The translations under genes and the position numbers were made by a program. The notes below the pieces were generated by a model that saw only the letters and a program-made list of their open reading frames with translations, made no database searches and was not told the DNA's origin. Positions 27,388 to 39,900 of a DNA stretch of 64,000 nt are shown here, one piece after another. Source of the stretch: Balanoglossus misakiensis (Eukaryota; Animalia; Hemichordata); assembly GCA_040954595.2 (NCBI GenBank), contig CM082596.2:966736-1030735 (forward strand), read 5' to 3'. Within the stretch, counting starts at the first letter, position 1, and every line of letters begins with the position of its first letter.

Positions 27388-30300
27388 TCAGGCCACTTGA
27401 TCACCATCTTGTTTCACACCAGAGGCTCCGAGAGAGTGGTCACTTTTCAACTTGTCATGCCCTGAGTTGCTCTTTCTCTTCTCCAGTCCAGAGGGAACTT
27501 CAGCAGAGCTTGAAGATGTGTCCATTTTGGAGCCATCACCATTACTTCTGGATTCCTTCACTTCTTCAGCACTTGTCTTTTTCTGTGTTGGAGATTGACT
27601 GGCTTGTTTTTCGACAGACATGCTACTTTTGTCTACCCCATTGAGGGATGGCTCTGATGTGATTGGTGAGAGTAATACGGAACATTGGGTGAAAACTTGA
27701 TGGCTCAGTTTTCGTATGTCATCCTCTGATGGAATTGGAGATGGCGGTCTTTCCTTGATTGGTCTGTGAGATGAATAGATTTCTTTCAATTGAAAATCAT
27801 CACTTTCTTCAACTTCAGTGTTGTTTGGTTCAGGAACTGAAGAACTTGTGGAATCATTATTTTCTGTAAATTTTTCAATACTGGCCTTGGGTTGTTCATC
27901 AGTGCAAATGATCTCAACAACTTCCTCTCCATTTCTGCTAGACTTAGAAATATTTCCGCCGCTATAACTAGTTTTAGATGCCTTCACACCACTGAGACTG
28001 GTCTTGGCAAGTTTTGAACCGCTGCTACTGGTGGTCTTGGCAATTTTCGAACCACTGCTACTGGTGGTCTTGGCAAGTCTCGAACCACTGCTACTGGTGG
28101 TCTTGGCAAGTCTCGAACCACTGCTACTGGTTTCTGTAACCTTTTCAGCACTACCACCAACTTTTACATCCTCAGTACCATTATCACCAGCTGCTAATTT
28201 TCTGCCGCCTGTCTGGTAGATATAATGCTTTGGTAGATAACACACTCCTTCAGTCTCAGCGACATGTAGTAGCTTTTCAGAAGAGTCGTGTCGGGGCAAG
28301 ATGCCTTCATGTGGTTCCGCATCCTCCTCAGTCTCCTGTATTTTCTCTTCAGTCAGTGTGAGAATCCCGCTTGAAATACAAGAACTCACAATTTTATGTT
28401 TCAGACACCGAGCTGATCCTTTGCTGTGTGACAAATCCGGTCTGAAGATGTTCCGGAAAGAATTTCTGGCAACGGGTATGTGTACTGACTTAGCACTCTG
28501 GTCTGGAGAAGCTGTCAGACCATCTTTCAGGGAGATTGCAGCAAGGTTTTCTCCCACTAAGTCCTCCTTCAAGTGAACGATGTTTTTGTGCACTATCGGT
28601 GTGATCACGATATTGCCATCTTCATCTCGCAATGGTTCTATGATGTCATCTTCATTGATGATGACAGCGTCTGCTTCCATATCAGAGTGGGGAGTTATCA
28701 CAGTACTCACATGACTCAATCCTTCATCAAAGTCGAGTGGATTTTCCATCTCTTCAACACTCTGATGTGGAATCATATCATTCTCTATCATCCCAACAAT
28801 TTCATCCTCGCTGTCTTCTTCTTCTTCAGCACTGGAGTATCCACTGGTGGTTGTGGCATCATCATGTATGCTGCCTTCTGTATGGGCGTGCAAGACATTG
28901 ATTACAGATGGCAAATCTGAGAGAATGGAGCTGCCTCTGCTTGCTTCTATTATACTGGTTTGCTCGTTGATTGCAGCGCTGTCGGACTTGGCCACAGTGA
29001 CGCTGCTTGACTGAGCAACTGCATCACTGCTTGGCTTGATAATTTCTACAGTGCTTGGTTCAGTGATTGCAGGAACACTTTGCTCAGTGACTGCACCAGT
29101 GCTTGGTTTGACTTCAGCAGGTCCTGTGTCATCAACAGACAAATCTTTCGGGGTATCCTCTGAAGGCTGATCTTCATCTTTGAGAGATTTCTCAGAAGAT
29201 GCCGATAGCATCTTATTCCAAATATCAAGAGATGTTTCAATTACTGATCTGACAATTTCTTTTGCACATGAACGAATCATTTCCATGGAGTGTTCTTCAG
29301 TGTCTTCTTTGGGCATCTGATAAGATCAACAACAAAAAAGAGAAATCAATAAGTTTAGTCACTGTGATTTTATAACAAGAATATTTTGCTGTGGGCAAAT
29401 GACTGTAGCTGTCTTTATTCAAGCACAGTTCCATGGAGGGACTGTGGTTCATGCCAGCTTAATTTTTTCTATGTTTGGAAAGCCTTGGAAAAATATTTTT
29501 CATCGCATATTAAACGTATCTAAACAGTGCACCAATAAATATGATTTTAAAGTTAATCATAAATGTGTAAATTATAAATACACCATCTCATATTTTTTTA
29601 ACTTTTGAATTCCTAACCTTAGTATCTGAAGTTTGATTTAAGGTCTCTAAAGATGGAACCTCTTTAGTCGAATCTTCTACCTGACGAAGAGCCCTGTCAT
29701 TACAAATTATGACAAAAAATGATTAAAATTTTTGACTAGGAGTCTCCTATGGGATTATTCAATCAGCAAAAGTTGAACATAACAATCTCCAAAACCTTAC
29801 AGAGAGAAAGTATATGATGGTTAGTCTACTCTTGTTCCAAGGCTGATCGGGCAGCTTTTATTCTGACCTGCCTTCTGACCAAATCTGTTTTCAGTTTTAT
29901 CAACAAATTAACGAACAGAAAAAAACTTACTCTCTCAGTAATTCAGAAGTTTCTTCATCAACTGAGAATAATGCACCATGGAAATCACTCAGTCCTATTC
30001 TGCAGAGAATCTGTTCCAGTTCTCGGCCCTCCAATTTAGAACTTCTCCTCGTAACCACCTCCCCCTTATTTGCAGTGGTTTCTTCCTCCCCACCAGCACC
30101 TGTCATGGTCTCTTTGGATCCTTCAATTGGTGGTAGGGTAGATGATGGAACTCTAGCAATTGATGTGGACACTTGTGGTGGACTTACATCTTTGTCTGTT
30201 TGTTTTGTGTCCTTACTCTCGTCCGTGCTTGCTTTGGTGGAAGTTACCTTGGAGATTGGGGGCAGACTGGAACCCTGGAGATAGAGAGAATTAACAAGGA

Positions 30301-33300
30301 ACATAAACGTTTAGACTCTTGACCTAGTTTTGCAGAAATGAAAATGCAGAGTTTCATTAGAAAATGAAGTGTAGTGAATGTATACAACAATCCTGACATA
30401 CCTTTGGAAACGTAGCAGTTTCTGGTATTGTGATTTCCTGCAGAGTTTGAGATATCTCCCAGTTACTTTTACGAATGTTGCTATAATGTAACAGCAAAGT
30501 TTTCTTGGCTTTGCCCTTGGACGCTGAAATCATTCGACGAGATCCTGAAATATATACAGCATAAGTGGAATGTGCAGTTAATTGCAGGATTAAAAGTGAT
30601 CATTATTCAGTTTCAAATTCAGTGATTGCATGTTACACATAACACAAATGAAGTGGAAGTAGAATACAGTTCAACTTGTGTTAGTTGCCATTTTACGGTC
30701 CTTGTGCGAATACAGCAAGTGACAGTCTTCAAATCAAACAGTTAACTGCTTGTTTTCAAGTAACACTGTACACTTATCGCTATGCTAACACTATAGACAA
30801 TATACAGGTAGCTCGATAAGGGAAAGAGAGTGCCTTTGCTTGGCCACTATAGGCAGCTGGGTTCTTCTTTTCTGATTGTTGCAGTTTATAAAACAAGGCT
30901 TACTTTGCTGACGTCTTTTTTCCTCCTCCCAACGTTTCCAAGCAGCGTCTACCTTCAGCGCAAGATTCTCTTGTAATTTCAGTTCCAGCATCTCAGCTCT
31001 TTTTCTCTTCATTTCTTTAGTTTTGCGAAAGGTTTCTGTGAATATAAACAATTCTGCTAGCTAGCCCTGGTAGTGAAATGTAAATGTCCGTGATATACAA
31101 ATGTACATGTGAAGTACTATACTATATTGCACATAGCACTGTTTCTGTCAGTACTGATAAACTATGTATATTTACCATCCTCGGCTTGTTTCAACAATTC
31201 AAGTCTCCTTTCTCGTTCCTTGATGCATTGCAGTCGACTTCTCTCATCAGCTTTCCTGATTTCCATTTCTAACTTCCTTTGTTGTTTCAAAGATTCCTGG
31301 CGCTTTTGCCACTGGGCTTCAAGCTGAAATCAATTCAATTATTAACAAGTATCAGAGACAGGTATTTCTGATAGTTCATAGAAAGTGGTCATAAATAAAC
31401 AATCCTAGATTTGAAGATTGTGAAAATACACTCTCTCTCTGAATATGCCTACCTTTTTCTGTTTCTCCTCCTTTTTGCTCAATTTGCACTTTTCCAGCAT
31501 CTGAGCACGTCTGGCATCCTCTTGAGCTCGCTTCTTCATCAATTTCTGTTTTTTTGTCATCTCCTGAAAATTAGAGAGGGGGAGAAATGTTAACATGTAT
31601 GATGCAGACACACCCTATAATTTGAGGGGGGGGAAATTTGATATTTACAGACTGGCATATTCATGTATGTATCGCACGAGAGACAAACAGAAACTGTGTC
31701 TTCCCAACTTCCCAAGCCCAGTTCATAAGAAACAATGAATCCTGCATGATACCTGAATTTCCACTTCGTGTTGCAATTCCATGCGATGTTCTCTCTCATG
31801 TTCTCGTCTTGCCTCTGCCAGAATGGAATTGGCCGTTCTTTCTTCTTTGAACTTGGTTTGGCGTTTTGTCTCATCTTTCTTCAGCTGATGCAATCTATGT
31901 ATGGTGTACATCACAAAGACACACAACATTGTGATTAGACTGTTGGATATTATTACAGCACAAACATGGAACTGTAACCATCAGAGGTCACATGTACAGT
32001 GATCACTCACTTGATACACACAACAAAAACCTTGAATTTCCAATATTCAGCACAAAAGTTTGCCACTCACTTCATCTGAGCTGCTCGGATTTTCTGAGAT
32101 TTTTTCACACGATCTTCTCTGGCGTGTTTTTGACGGACATGGTTGATATCTTGACCGTCTGTTTTTCTCATCTCAATAAATTCTTCTTGTTGTTTCTTCT
32201 TCTCAATCATTTCTTGTTCATGCTGGTGTGTTGAAAAAATACAAATGGTTGAAGTTTATTTTTAATCCGAATGAGACAAGAATGTGATAAAATTTTATGG
32301 ATTTAAAAAACAATTCACCATGTACCTGTTTGCGTTGTTCCTGACAAAATCTTTCCAGTTCAACTTGTTTTATCCATGCTCTGTATGCGTTGATTTCAGG
32401 CAAAGAACATTTCACCTACAAGAAAAATATTTTGAAAGAAATGTAAATTGATGTCAACTTGTGGTAAAGGTGGTAAGGTTGTGGGGCAGAGAATATTGGA
32501 GACAGAAGAATGTTGGTGAGAACTTGTGCCCACTATGAAAATTCCAGTCTTCTGTCTGTCAGATAACAAGTCATGTACCTACCATATTTGATTTGGTGAT
32601 GAAACCTTTGCGTACAAGCATTTCACGAATGGATGGTTTGCTGAAGAAAGTCTTCAAATGTGGATCATGTAAGGCTCTGTATTGACTGCAGATCCCTTGT
32701 GCTGTGGGATCAAATTCATGGCCATCAGGAGCATGGTACAGCTGAAAAGAAAAGACATTGTTGGTAAGTCAACGTGGTTCTGGTCTGACACACAGGCTAT
32801 CAATTGAGCTGTGAATTGGCCGAAGTTGCTCACTTTGGACATTGTTTTGGTAATAGTCTCTTTTAATAATTCATTGATGATTGTTCTGTTCATTACATGC
32901 TCACAATGACTTGTTGTTATGTGGCATTTTCTGAGGCACATTTTTGGGTACTGACCAAAAATTAAATGATGGAAGCATAGCTGTGCCATATATGTCTGTG
33001 TACAGGGCATGAGTTGAACAGACAGGTGAAACAAATAATCAAAAGTTATACAGCTAATGGTCCCTTACCGGTTCACCTAACGGTGACGTCACAAATTCAA
33101 ATTTTCCCTGAGGTGCTGGTATCTTGCAATCAAGGGGATATTCTGCGCACGGCACGGCCATAAAAGTTCCTCCAATGTTGTATTTGCGGTTACCAGATTT
33201 GTCTGTCTTCACTGTGAGGCAGCTTTGTGCTCTGAAGTCGAAAATCGTTCGCCTGGCTGGAAGGCTGAGTCTGGCCAATCTCAGTTCTCCTGATGAGAAC

Positions 33301-35807
33301 CTGGTTACTGAGTAGTTATCCTCATATTCCACTGATGACGTCATAGATTCTGATACCCGGGAACTTGATGTGATTGTCTGTTCACTCATTGAATCCCTCA
33401 CAATCCATTCATCTTGTGCAAGGGAGACTGAACGGTTGGACCTCTCAAAACTTTGGGTGAAATGAGTTTCACTGGTGGTACTAACAACTTGGTCCGAAGA
33501 TTGAGAAAAGACCTCAACTCGTTTTCTTTCCTCCTCCGTGCCCTCTTCCTCCTCCTCTGCAACATCACTTAGTTCGCTGGTCTCATATGTTGTGTCTGTA
33601 ATGCCATCGCTTACAATTGGCACTGTTTCAGCTTCAGCAGTTGTTGCATCTGAGTATATATCGGCCTTCTCGCTTTCAAGAGATGGGGAAATACGTTCTG
33701 CCTGTTTGACGTCATCAGCAGTTTCGCTCAAACTTCCCTCTTCCATAATATCGTCAGTCACAACCGTGTCTTCATTTACCAACTCAGTGCTCGGTTCTCC
33801 TGTTTCCATGGCGATCTCTGATTGATCTTTCATGTCGTGGCCACTCCCGATTCTAGAATCTACTTCGGCTACAGGGGTTTGGACTTTATCAGCTGAAGAA
33901 CTTGCAGTAGTAGCGAGTTCTTCGGAATTGTCTCGGATTACAGCCTCGGCAATGGTTAACTCAGTGCCCTGTTCTTCAGTTTCCATGGTGACCTCTTCTT
34001 CGGTTTCGATCATTTGTGCTTGTTCTGTCGAAGGCTGTTTTGTTACAAGTTCTTCGCAGTTTTCTTGGGTGACTGCTTCGGTACTGGCCGCCCCGCCTCC
34101 CAGTTCTTCTGTTTCCATAGTGATCGCTGATTCTTTGCTTGCGATTGCTTGGTCTTGTTCTTCAGAATGACCTGGTGTCTTAGCAGACAATTCACCTTCA
34201 GAAGTCTTGTCACTTTCCTTGACAACATCGAGACTTTTCTCGCTTTCCCCTCTGGATGGGCTGTCGTTTTCAATCTCGGTTTTCATACCACTGTCAGTTT
34301 TCATGGCGTCTTTACTGCCGACACGATCAGTTTCTTCGGCAGATTCACCGGCCTTGTCAATTTCTGAATCTATGGTTGGGCCATCTGCAACTTCAGTGGA
34401 AGTCTTTGTATCCAGGCGATCAGCACTTCCGACGTCTGTGTCTTTTTTCAGGTCAGTAGTGCTATCGACATCCTTGTCCGTTTCATCAGTATCACTGATT
34501 GGTTTGTCGTCTGTACCAGTCTTTGATCCGTGCTTTTCAACAGATACAGCACTCTCGCTTTTGACTTGAACAGTTTCTTCGGTCGATGGGGCTTCCGCAA
34601 CGTTCTTTTTGGAACCATTACTTTCCACACCAACTCCAACAGAGCTGGCGTCACGCGATTGGCCACCACTTTTGGTCGACTCACTGTCTTCTACTCCGTC
34701 TCTATCCTTTTCAACAGTGACATCACTTGGCTTGTCATCGACTTCGCCTTTCATGGATTCTCTGCTTTCTTTGCTTTTATTGACAGTTTCGCTAGAACTT
34801 TCAGCCACACTTCCAGTGTTGTCGACTGTTTTGTCGTCGGTGTCAGATTTTGCACTTCCTTGGTCGTCATCACCATCAATATTGTTATTCCCAATCGAGC
34901 TGGAACTTCCAACGTGAACTTTACTGTTTGTTGCAGTGGATTTGATTTTTTCTACAGATTTAGACTTAACGTTATTTCCATCGGCGACGTCAGGTGTTTT
35001 GTCAATTTCGTGTTCATCAACAGATTTGTCTATTTCATTGCCGTCATCATTTTCAGATTTTTCACTCTTCGCACTTGACTGGTCTTGCAGGTCGACATCT
35101 TTGGTCGAGTCAATTTTTTCTGCAGATTTTTTCTCGTCTTCATCTTTGTCAATTGGTACGCTTTTAATTTCGTCATCTTTCCCTGTCGATTTGTCGTCAG
35201 TGTGGTCCTGTGCCTCATCAGTTGTCAAGTCATCGGAACTTTCCACCTTCCCTCCTTCAACAGTTGGAAGTTTTTCTTCGTCTTCTGTATTTTTGTCCTC
35301 GTCGGGTAAATTGTCGAGAGATTCACGAGTACTTCCCTCTCTGGGTGTTTCGTCCTTTTCTTTACTCTGTGTTACGTCTGATCCACTTTTGGTCGGTTGA
35401 CCGTTTTGCTGTTGCAGATCTTTTTCTGATTGACCAGAGTTCTCGACAAGCCGAAGTTCATCGGTGCCAGAATTTACACGGCCGAAACTTTCCGTCGATA
35501 TTCTTCTTTCGCTGTTCCGCCTACTTGAACTTTCTGTCAGCGACTTCGAAGACATACCTGACGACTTTGAACTTTTTCGTGACCCGTTCCGGCTTTCGTT
35601 CTGCGACTTCAAAGACATACCAGAGTGCTTCGAACCTGTACGTGAACCGCGCCTGCTTTCGGTTTGCGATTTAGCAGACGCAAGCGACGACTTTGAACCA
35701 TTCCCGTTTCCTGTCTGTGATTTCACAGACATGCCCGAGGACTTTGAACTTGTCCGACAAGAATGTGGCATGCTTCTTCTAGAATGGGCACTCGATGATG
35801 ATGACAT
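27388..35807 (-). CDS. Large (~2,070 aa) FSIP2 (fibrous sheath-interacting protein 2) N-domain protein with acidic disordered arms and a central coiled coil, ~13 exons
   Basis: Exons 35807-33069, 32741-32583, 32415-32326, 32222-32071, 31894-31753, 31563-31453, 31323-31176, 31035-30904, 30544-30402, 30274-29931, ~29874-29830 (uncertain), 29693-29618, 29316-27388. Spliced exons 1-3 give YPLDCKIP...TSPLGEPLY...QYRALHDPHLKTFF...LVRKGFITKSNMVKCSLPEINAYRAWI, resembling the FSIP2 N-terminal signature as recalled (YKSLHDPHLKAYY...GYIT.NNKV.C.L.E.N.YR.Y). Confidence 0.75.
28000..28131 (-). repeat. Coding tandem repeat, 4 x 33 bp (SSSGS[RK][LI]AKTT)
   Basis: ggtcttggcaagtctcgaaccactgctactggt units in the last exon of the FSIP2-like gene. 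Confidence 0.9.
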
Positions 35808-36184
35808 TTTGCGCTTTTTTCCTTATGATAAACAGATATCTTACTCTACATATTATTTTGTTGAACTATGTACAGTGGAAGATGTGTGCGCTCATTCGTT
35901 CCCCCGTTTTCCAATCGGTAACCCTCGAAAGAGTAAACACTGTAAGAATATTCAAAAGAGAAAAATTATAAATATCAGTTGACCAAACAATGACCATCCC
36001 CAGTTAATGGTGGAAAGAAAATATATACTCACATCGGCAAATGCGACATTTTCACTGAGTGTTATCATGAAAACAGACTTGTTGCACGCACCAAAAGCGA
36101 CTTTTTCGATCGGTCGCTGAAAAGACGTACAATGGGGCCATGCGCGTCACAATGCACCGCGCGCAACGTGTATGGAATCAATAC

Positions 36185-36921
36185 GTCACTTAGCAACTGA
36201 CTTGACGTCATGACATTTACAGGCGATTTCGTAAAGAAGGCATACAATCAATCAATTTAGTTGGTTCGTTGTCGTAGCAACAATAAATGATACGTGGATT
36301 AATTGGATGGATAAGTAAAATAACAGCTGCACATTTTCTTACTTTTGTCCACGACAAGACTTACTGGAGCTCTCTTATTTGGTCTCTCTTCACTTCAGTG
36401 GAAGCCAAATTGTGAATATTTGAGCATTCAAATGATCAGACGAGCATTGTTCAGTTTATCCTTATTTATCGGACCTTGGGTCTGTTTACTAGTTTAGCGA
36501 AAATAAGTTTTCTTGTTTGGGTCTGGGCCGGGCGAAAGACATTGGTCGAACAAAGTTTTGACATGTCCAGTAGCGGTCAACCCTGCACCCTTGATATAAA
36601 TATGCAGATTAGGTAAAACAGCCAATAAGAAGGCAGCTTACTTACTTGGTATGAGTCGCCATCTTGCATTCTTGTGATCGTTGACATACGGCCCGTACTC
36701 GTGTGTCAGTTGACTGTATTTAGTGTATATGTCGATTCAAAACAAGTGAAGAACCGCAGTTTGCATGGTCTAGAGGTCATGAGCGAGGCGAAAACGATGG
36801 ATTCATCGATGCACACAGATCCGTCAAGGTAAGCTTGATCGCGCTGAGAAACAAACCCGGAAATGGACGTACAACGTTGCCATAGTTTAGCGTTCATAGG
36901 AGAAGCCGTTGCCATCGTAAT
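36185..36921. promoter_or_regulatory. RFX X-box cluster plus CRE in the FSIP2-like/BBS1 bidirectional promoter and BBS1 intron 1
   Basis: GTCACTTAGCAAC 36185-36197, TGACGTCA 36203-36210, GTTGTCGTAGCAAC 36268-36281, GTTGCCATAGTTTA 36876-36889, GTTGCCATCGTAAT 36908-36921. Confidence 0.65.
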
Positions 36922-39900
36922 ATGGAAATGAACTATATTGAGATTTCGGAAATGTTTATGTTGTAGCTTTCCAGCTAGGGCTAAATCTCGACATTATATC
37001 AAACGTTTGAACCAGCAGTATTTGTCATTAAATGTTGGGTGAAGAAAATGTCGATAATGCATGATTTTCAATGGTGAAATATACATGTTTTCACCATGAA
37101 TTGACCATTACATTGAGCTGTAACAGACCTTGTAAGTTGTAAGTTGTACATTGCATTGATGTCAAGTTGTCTGTTACATCTGTGGTTCTGATGAACCCAC
37201 CATGGCCAGGCCAACAAAGAGCTAGAAGTCTAAGTCTCTGTTCTCTTTTTCCCTTCTTTTGACAATCAGGGAAGGGGCTGCTAAGTGGTTGGACGCCCAC
37301 TATGACCCAGTTGCTTCTCTGTATACTTTTACTACTTGTATGGGTAAGTCAACCATTATTTGTATTTTGTGGGATAGTACAATCCATCGGATCCTCATAC
37401 CCAGTAATATCTAGTCAACTCTCAGGTTATATTTTTAAATCAGCAGATAAAAATAACAGCTGAACAAGTTCTAATATTACTGCTATGTGCAAAGGCTATA
37501 GTATGTATCATCTTTTGCAACTCTTATATAGTAAACTGTGGACTTACCCAGAATGCAGTTTTCATGTGATTTGACCCAGTTGTATGAAGCAGAATGATGT
37601 TGCAACCATTGATCACCATGGTTTGGTCCAAATCCATTGTTTTACATGGCAAAGTTGGGCCTGTACAGAGGGAAACAGAGATGAAGAGGGTTATAAGTTA
37701 GTGAGCATTGTACAAAAGTAAACAAAATTGGACATAGAATAACGTGTTATCTTATACTGTATATGTATATCTCAGGACTGAAAGTGTAACACAGTGTGTG
37801 CATCTTTTGACAGCTTTGTCAGATCTGAATGGAGATGGTGAAAACAAACTAATCATAGCTGACTTAGGCACAGGATCATATGATATGAAGTTGAAAGTCT
37901 ACAAGGGAACTGTATTGGTGTCTGAGAATGCAATCATTGATCTGCCGACTGGTGTTTCAACATTCTTTATGGACACAAATGAACCTAGAACTCCAGGTAA
38001 GATAACTCAACTAATCCTACTACGATGGATTACAGTACATACTGGCCAGACTCTTCTAAGACTGAATATCCATCGTTCAAAGGCACTATGTGCTCCCATC
38101 AAAGTACAAAAATATGAATAAGACATTTCAATTACAACAGAGTGAATATTTCATATCATGGATTCATTTCTATTTCAGCCATTGCTGTGGCATCAGGACC
38201 ATACATTTACGTCTATAAAAATCTCAGACCATACTTCAAATTTACACTGCCACCATTGGATGTCAACCCAGTGGAACAAGATCTTTGGAATCAAGCTAAA
38301 GATGTAAGTTTTAGCTTTATCTCAACCTTTGTTTACTTGTGGTATTCTAAGATGATATCTACCATTTTCTTTTGCTGAGAAAGTTAATTTGCATCACTAT
38401 AATTTGACTTTTTAGGACAAGATAGATGTGAGAGTTCTCCGGGAAATGTTGGACAGTTTGAGAAAAGAAAGCAATGAAGGAAGTCTGACTGTCAGATCAC
38501 TGAGGTATGTGTGTGAAATAGTAAACATAGACTTTTCAGCTAGTTTTGTGATGCAATCCAAGTTGGTAACAAGTCAGACATGTTGTGTATAAATGAGTGT
38601 CTTGTTCTCAAACTTGACAGGTTTTTGATGTTAGACTACGATCAGATGGAACCATTTGCCAGTGTTCACAAACATGCACCGCTGAAGAAACAGGTAATGA
38701 TAATCAATGATAATGATAATCAATTAAATGAATAGATATGTCATATGAAAAAACATTAAAGTAAAAGCAATATTGTCTAGCGGCCACTGAGTCTTGTCTC
38801 TCTCTCATTTGACAGACTGTGATTACATGTATGGATACTCTGAAGAAAAGCATGGCTGATGAAGATGCTATAAGCTGTCTTGTGATTGGTACAGAGAGTA
38901 GAGATATCTATGTATTGGATCCTGAAGCCTTCACTGTCCTTGCTAAGGTGAGACTTGTTTCAGTTTCTGATAGAAGCTGTACATAATTGGAATGGTGTAT
39001 GCTGTATATGTTTTGATGGCCTGTGTAACCAGTTCCAAAATCCGTTTCACATTTCCTTGTCTGATTGTCATGTTTAATCGTGTTGTTTATAATGAAAGAT
39101 CTTCATCAAAATACTGTATTCTGATTTTTTTAACCAGATGAGCCTTTCAAGTGTACCAGTGTTTCTGAGCGTGTCTGGTCTATACGATGTGGAATTTCGT
39201 ATTGTAGTCTCTTGTAGAAACGGGAACATCTACACTCTGAAAAGGTAATGTCATCTATTCGTGTTGGTATATGTACAAAACAAATGACATGTTATGACAT
39301 CAGTCGTTGTGCCATGTTTATGACACTATATGTTTTTGTTTGTTTCTCAGGGGTTCTAAGACAGCAAAGCCATGCATTGAGTTGGGATCTCAACCAGTAG
39401 GCTTACAAAGAGTTGGTAAAAATATCATTGTAGGTTGCATGGACCAAACACTGCAGTGTTACACAACTAAGGTAAGAGTGTATAAAGTTGCTTAGCCCAC
39501 TAACTATGCTTGTGGTATATCATCTAAATCCAGTCTCCTTGCAGTCATGTTTGAAATGTAACAATTTTTATCGAACCACAGGGCAAGAAACTGTGGACAG
39601 TGTATCTACCAGCTGATATATCCTCCATGGGAATTATGGATCACAAACAACGTGGATTCAAAGCTGTCTTGGTCGGATTAAATAATTGTGAAGTCCACTT
39701 GTACAGGGATAAATACTTGGTCAACATTATCAAAACACAGGTAACATTTTGGGAATAGCTTTTCATTTGTAAAATCAATGGCCTTGCATACATTTACTAT
39801 TGTAAGAGTATTTTCTTGCCAGGAGACGTCAAGTATGATGTTGACATTGCAGAGTATTGCTTATCTCAAACTTACAGGATGCAGTGACCGGTATGCAGTT

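Noticed and set aside
33124-35982. Many overlapping plus-strand ORFs (up to 182 aa) opposite the large exon
   Set aside because: Antisense shadows of the D/E/S/T/K-rich coding frame, with low-complexity S/L/V/F translations and no splice or domain support.
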